Below are positions 35,795 through 42,676 of a stretch of 42,676 bases of DNA, piece by piece (the stretch's first letter is position 1; each line of letters begins with the position of its first letter). The position numbers were made by a program, and so were the translations under genes. Origin of the DNA: a virus (taxonomy: Duplodnaviria; Caudoviricetes); IMG/VR virus record IMGVR_UViG_3300037604_000092, positions 1 to 42,676 of that record, one strand, 5' to 3'. Below the pieces are notes generated by a model. That model searched no databases. It was given only the letters and a program-made list of their open reading frames with translations, and had not been told where the DNA came from.

Positions 35795-36178
35795 ATGCCC
35801 ATATGCGCGAAACTTGCGGCAGTCGGCCTCCACCTGGTGAGCTGGCACAGCGGACCTATGGAAAATGGCGAGCCTTATGAATGGATCACGCCTGGCGTTT
35901 ACGCGCGCATGGAATGTACGAAGCAGATTAGCGTGCAGGCGGGCGTTTATCGCAATTCTGAGGCAGGCATCAGCACCTATGCGGCGGGCGTCTACGAGCA
36001 TCCGCGCTGGCCGGTGTTCGTCGCTGCGGGCGTTGTCACGGGCTATGAGGGCCAGCCGGTCGGACCCATTGGCGGGGTCGGCGTGAAGGTCGGTAAAAAC
36101 TTTCGCGTCATGGCCGCACCCCCGAACCCGTCTGGCGGCGGCGTTTGGCTCCTCACACTCATGATGGATTTTAAATGA
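35795..36178 (+). CDS. Small beta-barrel-like protein, PagP-like pattern
   Basis: GLHLVSWH...TPGVY...AGVYRNS...GVVTGY; alternating beta strands; ends DFK. Confidence 0.55.
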   Translation: MPICAKLAAVGLHLVSWHSGPMENGEPYEWITPGVYARMECTKQISVQAGVYRNSEAGISTYAAGVYEHPRWPVFVAAGVVTGYEGQPVGPIGGVGVKVGKNFRVMAAPPNPSGGGVWLLTLMMDFK

Positions 36179-36627
36179 CCCTTTCCACAGACGATAAGGC
36201 GCAGATTGCTAGGGCCGTTGCGCAAGGCCTGGCACAGCAAGAAAAAGGGATCGACTGGAAAGGGTGGGCGTCCCCGATCATCTTAGCGGCCTTGGGCAGC
36301 CTTTGGTCCCTTGGCGTTGTTGGTCCGCAAAGCCAGCAAAAGGAAGCGAGTGAAGCGAACCAGAAAGCTATCGCCGCTCTTCAGCTCTCCATGTTTGAGC
36401 TGAAAACACAAAACGCTTTGATACTGGATGACATGGATGAACTTAAAGTGGCAACCCAGCTGGCCGGTGCCAAACGCTTTAACTCAGACGACGGCAAAAA
36501 GCTCAGTGACAGGCTCACGCGGATAGAGACCAAGAGTGATGTTATAGAGAGCAATCAAGTGCGTCGAGGCCCCAGAATTGAGCGTATTGAGCGGTTTCTG
36601 GCGAAAGAGCATGGCTACGCGCCATGA
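36175..36627 (+). CDS. Single-TM coiled-coil protein (lysis-region membrane protein)
   Basis: TM PIILAALGSLWSLGVV followed by coiled coil; ATGA coupling. Confidence 0.7.
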   Translation: MTLSTDDKAQIARAVAQGLAQQEKGIDWKGWASPIILAALGSLWSLGVVGPQSQQKEASEANQKAIAALQLSMFELKTQNALILDDMDELKVATQLAGAKRFNSDDGKKLSDRLTRIETKSDVIESNQVRRGPRIERIERFLAKEHGYAP

Positions 36628-36794
36628 ATCATTATCTCGTTGCCCTGACCATCAAAGGCGCGCGCCAGGTGCGTATTGATGAGGATGGCAATGTGGGCAT
36701 TGAGGTGCTTGCTGAGGATGATGAGGCGTTTATCCAGGCTATCAACGATGCGGAGATTATGAACGGCACGCTAGAGGCTGAGGCGCTGCACTGA
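36624..36794 (+). CDS. Small acidic hypothetical protein (56 aa)
   Basis: ATGA and TGATG coupling at both ends; MNHYLVALTIKGARQ...EAEALH. Confidence 0.6.
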   Translation: MNHYLVALTIKGARQVRIDEDGNVGIEVLAEDDEAFIQAINDAEIMNGTLEAEALH

Positions 36795-37195
36795 TGAGCG
36801 GGTTTTATTATGGCGACACGTCTGAGGCGCGGCTGGCCACCTGCCATCTCGATTTGCAGCTACTCGCCCGCGCTGCGCTGAAAACATCGCCCATCGACAT
36901 CGCTGTGTTGGCGGGCCATCGCAATCAGCGCGATCAAGACGCCGCCTTTGCGCGCGGCACATCCAAGGTGCAATGGCCGCACGGCAAGCATAATCGCACA
37001 CCAAGTGAAGCGATCGATTTGGCGCCCTGGCCCATCGATTGGAATGACAAGCGCCGTTTCTATTTGCTCGCTGGTCACATCCGCCTGATCGCCATTGCCC
37101 TGCGCATTCCGGTGCGCGGCGGATATGATTGGGATAGCGATGGTGATCTGAATGACCAGACGTTTGACGATCTGGTGCATTGGGAGCTGGTCTAG
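36794..37195 (+). CDS. Endolysin, M15 L-Ala-D-Glu peptidase family
   Basis: GHRNQRDQ...GKHN...SEAIDLAP...DLVHWEL zinc ligands. Confidence 0.92.
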   Translation: MSGFYYGDTSEARLATCHLDLQLLARAALKTSPIDIAVLAGHRNQRDQDAAFARGTSKVQWPHGKHNRTPSEAIDLAPWPIDWNDKRRFYLLAGHIRLIAIALRIPVRGGYDWDSDGDLNDQTFDDLVHWELV

Positions 37196-37247
37196 CCTTT
37201 TTCCTCCGCCGCGTAGCTCCTCCCCATGACAGGGCGCGGCGGCACCT

Positions 37248-37273
37248 GGCCTGGCTTTCGCCAGGCCCTTTTT
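37248..37273 (+). terminator. Rho-independent terminator
   Basis: GGCCTGGC-TTTC-GCCAGGCC-C-TTTTT. Confidence 0.75.
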
Positions 37274-37319
37274 ACATCAGACAACAATAACAGAGCCTAA
37301 CCGGCCGCGAACCTAACAC

Positions 37320-37344
37320 GCCCGCATCACGCGGGCTTCTTTTT
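37320..37344 (+). terminator. Rho-independent terminator
   Basis: GCCCGC-ATCAC-GCGGGC-TTCTTTTT. Confidence 0.7.
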
Positions 37345-37358
37345 ATGGAGAAACTCAA

Positions 37359-37607
37359 ATGATTAACTTTCGTTTTTCAAGATATTGGAAGCTTTGGGGC
37401 GGCGCCGTTGGCACAGCTCTCACCAGTGCTTTGTCCATCGCAATGATATTTTGGAGCGTGCCAGATGGTGTGACCGCGACTGGCGTCATTGATGCGATTA
37501 CCAAGGTGGTAGAGGCCGGTGACGCAGCAATTGTTGCCATCAATATCGCGCTTGTTCCCCTTGGCGCTTTGGTGGGCGTGTGGCGCTCACCAAAGAACGC
37601 CGACTAA
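37359..37607 (+). CDS. Putative holin (two TM)
   Basis: 82 aa, two hydrophobic helices, ends VWRSPKNAD; between endolysin and spanins. Confidence 0.7.
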   Translation: MINFRFSRYWKLWGGAVGTALTSALSIAMIFWSVPDGVTATGVIDAITKVVEAGDAAIVAINIALVPLGALVGVWRSPKNAD

Positions 37608-37828
37608 TGGCTTGGGGTAAATTAATCCTCACGGTCGCGCAGATCGTGAGGGCCCTCACAGACTATGCCGAGCGCAAGCAACTGCTAGACGCCGGTGAAT
37701 CCATCGCAATTGCAAAGGTGCAAAATGGCACGCTCAATTCCCTCCGCCGTGTGGCTCGCGCTCGCGGCACTGATGACGCTGAATGGCTGCGCGCTGTTTC
37801 AGAAAAATACACCCGTAACGATCTCTAA
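37607..37828 (+). CDS. Putative i-spanin (Rz-like)
   Basis: TAATG-coupled; overlapped by a lipoprotein gene; N-terminal hydrophobic segment is weak. Confidence 0.55.
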   Translation: MAWGKLILTVAQIVRALTDYAERKQLLDAGESIAIAKVQNGTLNSLRRVARARGTDDAEWLRAVSEKYTRNDL

Positions 37829-37958
37829 TTTCTGCGATCTGTATCAACCGGTTTTCACGCATCCGCTGGATACCGAAAAAACCCGCGCGCAAGTGACGCT
37901 CAACAACATTGCCTTTGAAGTTGAGTGCGAAGGCAACACACCAAAGGACATGAAATGA
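37725..37958 (+). CDS. Putative o-spanin lipoprotein (Rz1-like)
   Basis: Signal AVWLALAALMTLNG-C; FCDLYQPV...C; overlaps the previous gene in another frame. Confidence 0.75.
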   Translation: MARSIPSAVWLALAALMTLNGCALFQKNTPVTISNFCDLYQPVFTHPLDTEKTRAQVTLNNIAFEVECEGNTPKDMK

Positions 37959-40900
37959 CCAAGCTTAAATTCATAAGCGCCTTCGCCCTGGCCGCCACCC
38001 TTTGGGCGTCTGCGGTTGAGGCCCAAATCTGCGGCAACATGCCGGTTGGGCCAGACCGTGAGGATTGCCGTCTGGATAAAATCGGCGAGGATATCCGAAC
38101 GTCTGACCTGGCTGGCGCCCGCGCGCGCGCCGAGCTAGAGCGGCTGCGCAGTGACATCATAATCATGCGGGACATGGCCATTGATGAGCCAGTGATTGAT
38201 CCGCCTGCGGCTGATGAGCCAGTCGATCCGCCCAGCAGCGATGACCCGCCGCCTGCCGATGATAGCGCGGCGGTGGATATCCCTGGCATGTCAGTCAAGA
38301 TCGATGATTTTGAAATCACGCTGAGCCAAGAGCTGGACCCGTGGATTGACGGCACGCGCGTCTATATTGGCGAGCCAGTGAACGGCTTTCGCTTGATGGC
38401 CTTTGTGCACCCCCAACATAAACGCTGGGTGGTGCAATATAGCCCCAAGCTGGGCCGCATTGCCGATGGCTTTGAGGCGGCACGCTATGGACCATACACC
38501 GCCCAGGTGATGTTGGATGGCGCTGTGCTGGCCGCGCATAGCCTGACCGGCCATGCATCGGGCCAAGAATGGACGCATGAGGTGGGGCGCAGGCCCTATA
38601 TCCGTACCGTTGAAGATTTGGAGGCCATGGGGCACCTGCCCATCCATGTGCCGCCATCAGACATGCAGCGCGAGACAAGTGGCCCTAAGCCCTGGCCGGT
38701 CACGCGCCAGATCATATCTGCCAATGTGCGCGCAATGGACTCCTACAGCCCGCTCGACCCTGGCCCGCTGGTTTACCGCATGAGCGCGACGGGCAGCCAT
38801 CCAGAGGTCCACTGGACCAATGCGCTGGCCAAGCTGGCGGGCTATGACGATCTGTCGATAGAGGAGCAAGAAACACTGCTCGAAAACGTGCGCATCAGCG
38901 CGGAAAGCTTTGGGGTTTTCGCCTTTGCCCAGGAAGATAAAGACAGCTACCGCCCTGCGGATATGCGCAAGGATTATTACGCGCTGAGCAATGATGTTTC
39001 TGTCTTTGATAATATCGCTGACACGCTGCTCAACATGCCGCCTGGTGGGGCGGTGACGCACGAAAAATACACGCGTGATAGCACAATGGATGTTGCCCAC
39101 ATCGCTGCGCCATCATGGGAGCAATACCTACTGACCGGCGACCCCTATCACCTGCGCGTGCTGCATTTTGCGGTGAATAGCACACTGATCCGCAACCGAA
39201 CGCCCGATCGCAAGCGCCAGGGCCTTGACCGCATGGGCCTCGTTCCTGAGCGCCATCAGCCGCGTGGCTGGGCCAAGGCGACGATGTTGATCTGGCGCGC
39301 GCATGAGCTGACGCCAGCTGGCGATTGGGATTGGCTGCTGCCCAAAGCCTATTGGGCGCAATCCATCAAGGACACAGGCGAGCAAAGCAAGTGGCTGGCG
39401 ACCTTGCCGGACATATCCATCATGGAGGTGCCGCGCGATTATACCAGCGGCTTCAACCGCAATACGGCCGACGCCATCAGCCACATCGATATGCAGGCTC
39501 TCTGGTCCGCGGGCTGGATGGTGTTCAGGGGCTATGAGGATTTTAGGCCGCTATATGAGGCGCTGAAAAAGCCGTTGTTTGAGGCCTATGAGGCGTTTGG
39601 CCCTGCCATGGTGCGCGGCATGCCAAACAAGCGCCAGGCCTGGTTTGGGTATTTTGAGCGGGAATTTGGGGGCGTAGCGACATTTGCCGAATTGCGGGCG
39701 CTGGATGATTGGTTCAGCCACACCGATGAGATTGCGATCCAATATAGCCGCGATGAACAAAAGGCCATGGCGACGGAGCTGGGGCGCAGCTTAAAAGACG
39801 ACGAAAAATGGCGGCCGGAATTTGTCTCATGGATGGAAGAGCATCGGGCAGCGTTTGAGGCCCGGCCCTTAGATCTATCAGGCGTGCCAGACAATCCGTT
39901 TCGCACGGGGCCACGGCGATCGCTAGAGGTGTATCACACGATTGTCTTTGCCGAGGAACGCTTTGAAGGCGTGCTGGCCAGCCTGATCCAGTTCGGGGAT
40001 GAGACCCTGCGGCCCATGCATGACCGGCTGATGAAGGCCCGCGATGACCTGCGCACCTGCGCAGAAATGAGTAAATACCCTGTCATTCAATATGACATTA
40101 CATGCCCCTATTGGAAGTATGGAATCAATGGCCGCCAAGCAGATTGGAGTTTTGAAACAGATATGAGCGCTTTAATTAAAATCACTTTCGCCGACGCTCC
40201 CACACCCGTTGCGCCATCCGCGCCGGTGCTGTCAGAAATTGCCACCACACAGACCGGCGTGACCATCGGCCTGACCGACCCCAACAGCGGCCTGGCGCAA
40301 GAGACGCAGACCGTGCTTGAAATCTATGACAATTCAGGCCTCACCGGCTCGCCTGTTTTGAGCGTGACGTTGGCGGCCGATACGACGCAGCATGAATTCG
40401 CATCGGGCCTGACCGCTGGCGCAGACTATTGGGTAACGGCAACGGTCTCTAATAGCGCTGACAGCGCCACAGCCACCACGCTGCCCTTTAGCACGGACGC
40501 CGCAAGCCCAAGCCTAGCCATGCCGAGCGTGACCGGCACGCCCACGCTCAACGCCACGCAGTCGCTTAATTGGACTCCGGCAGAAAGCTTTGCGGTTGTT
40601 TTTGTCTCTCAACATGATGGCGGCGCGGATGAGCCTATCACGTCCTTTGCGTGCAGCGATGGCGCGGTGACGGTCACGCAGATTGCCAGCACCACCAACT
40701 TAACATCTGGCAGCCAGAATGAAATCTTTGCCTACAGCCTAAGCGGCTTAACGCCAGACGTTCAGATTACGCTATCGGTCACTGGCGGCCATACCGGACG
40801 AACTTTGATCGTGCCGGTGGATATTGCAAATGCTGGCGCTGGCGTGATCGCGCATACCGATAGCGGCAATGGCACTGGCCATAACAACGACATCACACTG

Positions 40901-41143
40901 TCCATTGATACCACGGGGAGCAATCAGGCACTCAGCCTATGGTATCGCACCACCGCAACGGCCGGCACCTACACCACAGATGGCAGCAGTGTGGAAATCG
41001 CGGGCGCTAGCTCCATTGCCTCACAATCGGTCACGCTGCGCGAGCTGGAAATCCCGACCGGCGCATCGATCACAGAGACCATCACCGGCACATCAGACCG
41101 CAGGCCGCTGGGCATTGTGGTGGCCGTGCAAGACGCGCCTTAG
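37955..41143 (+). CDS. Large secreted multidomain protein: signal peptide, acidic Pro linker, helical toroid-like core, FN3/Ig-like and beta-rich C-terminus
   Basis: MTKLKFISAFALAATLWASAVEA signal; DVAHIAAP...YLLTGDPYHL...QPRGWA; PVAPSAP...GLTAGADYWVTATVSN FN3 signature. Confidence 0.7.
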   Translation: MTKLKFISAFALAATLWASAVEAQICGNMPVGPDREDCRLDKIGEDIRTSDLAGARARAELERLRSDIIIMRDMAIDEPVIDPPAADEPVDPPSSDDPPPADDSAAVDIPGMSVKIDDFEITLSQELDPWIDGTRVYIGEPVNGFRLMAFVHPQHKRWVVQYSPKLGRIADGFEAARYGPYTAQVMLDGAVLAAHSLTGHASGQEWTHEVGRRPYIRTVEDLEAMGHLPIHVPPSDMQRETSGPKPWPVTRQIISANVRAMDSYSPLDPGPLVYRMSATGSHPEVHWTNALAKLAGYDDLSIEEQETLLENVRISAESFGVFAFAQEDKDSYRPADMRKDYYALSNDVSVFDNIADTLLNMPPGGAVTHEKYTRDSTMDVAHIAAPSWEQYLLTGDPYHLRVLHFAVNSTLIRNRTPDRKRQGLDRMGLVPERHQPRGWAKATMLIWRAHELTPAGDWDWLLPKAYWAQSIKDTGEQSKWLATLPDISIMEVPRDYTSGFNRNTADAISHIDMQALWSAGWMVFRGYEDFRPLYEALKKPLFEAYEAFGPAMVRGMPNKRQAWFGYFEREFGGVATFAELRALDDWFSHTDEIAIQYSRDEQKAMATELGRSLKDDEKWRPEFVSWMEEHRAAFEARPLDLSGVPDNPFRTGPRRSLEVYHTIVFAEERFEGVLASLIQFGDETLRPMHDRLMKARDDLRTCAEMSKYPVIQYDITCPYWKYGINGRQADWSFETDMSALIKITFADAPTPVAPSAPVLSEIATTQTGVTIGLTDPNSGLAQETQTVLEIYDNSGLTGSPVLSVTLAADTTQHEFASGLTAGADYWVTATVSNSADSATATTLPFSTDAASPSLAMPSVTGTPTLNATQSLNWTPAESFAVVFVSQHDGGADEPITSFACSDGAVTVTQIASTTNLTSGSQNEIFAYSLSGLTPDVQITLSVTGGHTGRTLIVPVDIANAGAGVIAHTDSGNGTGHNNDITLSIDTTGSNQALSLWYRTTATAGTYTTDGSSVEIAGASSIASQSVTLRELEIPTGASITETITGTSDRRPLGIVVAVQDAP

Positions 41144-41481
41144 TCGCACCATTCAGCTTTGCGCCCAGCCCATGGCTGTGCGTAGCCCGCCTTTATCAAA
41201 CTCTCGCCTAGATCTCGGCCGTCGAGCTCTATAAACGCGAGCGTTCGGCCATAATAGTCTTTCCGGGCATTGCGCACGATACGGGCCTCTTTGGCCTTGC
41301 TGATCAGCTCCATCGCCTCCCAGGCCGCCGCCTTGCCCAAAGTGATCTCATACTCGCAATGCGCGCGGTAGGTGGTTTCAGGCGCATCGATGTTCTCGAT
41401 GCGGATCCTTTCATCATCACATTTAAGCGTGTCGCCATCGATCACCTGAAGGGCGCAGCTGAGTAATACCGCCTCAAGCAC
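41140..41481 (-). CDS. Thermonuclease (SNase-like)
   Basis: VIDGDTL, RIRIENIDAPE, KDYYGRTLA, LIKAGYA; GTG start overlaps the integrase end. Confidence 0.9.
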   Translation of the reverse strand: MLEAVLLSCALQVIDGDTLKCDDERIRIENIDAPETTYRAHCEYEITLGKAAAWEAMELISKAKEARIVRNARKDYYGRTLAFIELDGRDLGESLIKAGYAQPWAGRKAEWCD

Positions 41482-42676
41482 GGATTGTCGCAATCTCGGC
41501 CGATCTGTCTGCGCCGCCGCTGGCATAAGAGGCCCAGTCGCTCATCAAGCGCCTGCGTTTCTCAAACAAATCCCCCCGTTTATACGCCGCCACCACCTTG
41601 TTCTTCACAGCGTGAGCAAGCGCCATTTCGCTTACGTCATCAGGATAAGCTGTTGATTCAGACGCCCAGTCCTTGAAGGTCGACCGGAACCCATGAACGG
41701 TGATGTCTTTGCGGTCCATTCGTTTAAGCACCGCTGAGAGCGTCATATCTGACATCTGCTTACCATTCTGGACAGACGGAAAAACCAGGCCGCTCTGGCC
41801 ATGCTGACGCATATCCATTAGGACATCGATCGCGCTGGCAGTCAGGGGCACCCGGTGTTCTCTCTTCATTTTAATGCGCTCGGCGGGCACGACCCATATT
41901 GCGTCGTCTAGATCCAGTTCATCCCATGACATCCCGCGCACCTCACCCGATCGCGCCGCTGTCAAAATGAGGAACGTAAGCGCCTGGGCGGCAACACCCT
42001 TGCGCTGGCGCAGCTCGGTCATGAAGCCAGGCAGCTCTTGCCAAGGGAGGGCAGGGAAGTGGCGAGACGTTTTTACACGCGCTGGCGACGGCAACAGGTT
42101 GCTTAGATGACCCTTCCACCGCGCTGGGTTCGGGCCGCTACGGTACCCGCCGCTGGTGCACCAGTCGAGCACGCGTTCGATTCGCGAGCGCACCCGTGTT
42201 GCCGTTTCCGTTTTTGTTGACCACGGATCCTGCAAGATCTTCAAAATATCGTCTGTATCGATTTTGGTTACGTCTCGCTGGCCAATCACCGGATAGGCGT
42301 AGTCTTCTAGAGATCTGCGCCAGATGCTTTCCTGCCGCGCATTTGTCCAACCGGACTTGTGCATGTTGATGTAGGCGTCTGCAGCTGTTTCAAAGGTCAT
42401 GGTGCCACGCTGGTCTTTGTGACGGTCCTCTATCGGGTCTCCGCCATTCAGGACAGTCAGGCGGCAAGCGGCAGATTTCTCGCGAGCGATCGCCAGTGAA
42501 ACCGTGTGCACCGGGCCCAGACCCATCTCTCTGCGCTTGCCATTTGCCGTATATTTGAATACCCAGGTCTTGCGGCCGTCTTTTTTAACGTAGAGCCAGA
42601 GGCCGCCGCCGTCGCCGTATTTACCGGGCTTGGCGTTCTTCACTTTCAATGCGCTCAACCGGTGAATTCCCGCCAC
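41474..42676 (-). CDS. int: P4-type tyrosine integrase with N-terminal arm-binding domain
   Basis: KYGDGGGLWL...REMGLG; catalytic TAARSGE, K, HGFRSTF, LAH, AAYKR all present. Confidence 0.96.
   Translation of the reverse strand: MAGIHRLSALKVKNAKPGKYGDGGGLWLYVKKDGRKTWVFKYTANGKRREMGLGPVHTVSLAIAREKSAACRLTVLNGGDPIEDRHKDQRGTMTFETAADAYINMHKSGWTNARQESIWRRSLEDYAYPVIGQRDVTKIDTDDILKILQDPWSTKTETATRVRSRIERVLDWCTSGGYRSGPNPARWKGHLSNLLPSPARVKTSRHFPALPWQELPGFMTELRQRKGVAAQALTFLILTAARSGEVRGMSWDELDLDDAIWVVPAERIKMKREHRVPLTASAIDVLMDMRQHGQSGLVFPSVQNGKQMSDMTLSAVLKRMDRKDITVHGFRSTFKDWASESTAYPDDVSEMALAHAVKNKVVAAYKRGDLFEKRRRLMSDWASYASGGADRSAEIATIRA

Larger units (their letters stand above)
1017..42676. mobile_element. 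HK97-like lambdoid prophage (siphovirus); right boundary lies beyond the window
   Basis: Continuous phage modules from AlpA next to the tRNA through to the integrase: cI/cro, initiator, terminase, portal, capsid, tail, lysis. Confidence 0.95.

Noticed and set aside
31141-41143. Diversity-generating retroelement or invertible tail-fibre cassette
   Set aside because: No reverse transcriptase, invertase or template/variable repeat pair seen

Overview
The window holds an apparently near-complete HK97/lambdoid siphovirus prophage (about 1017-42676) inserted just after a host tRNA-Tyr(GTA) that lies divergent from rlmB. The host is probably an alphaproteobacterium, based on a GapR/DUF2312 homolog, a GAAC-N7-GAAC LexA box and the rlmB/tRNA-Tyr context. 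Order: AlpA-type excisionase and early-left genes; an accessory immunity-region cassette; cI/cro switch; early-right and replication genes with internal iterons; RelE/HTH toxin-antitoxin; Q-like regulator; two morons; a phage tRNA(CAT) with a candidate ncRNA; a fibre module upstream of HNH/terminase; head, tail and lysis genes; a large secreted protein; thermonuclease; P4-type integrase at the right edge. The right att site must lie outside the window. Best leads: (1) a LexA-boxed leaderless 68-aa gene, together with a cI that lacks the Ala-Gly autocleavage bond; (2) a stand-alone Cas2/VapD-like gene behind a highly structured leader, next to an Abi-alpha-like membrane protein; (3) a membrane-anchored DEDDh exonuclease behind a frameshifted relic of a second repressor; (4) an atypical initiator-like tRNA followed by a ~180-nt multibranched RNA. 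All family calls come from motif recognition by eye; no searches or folding programs were run.
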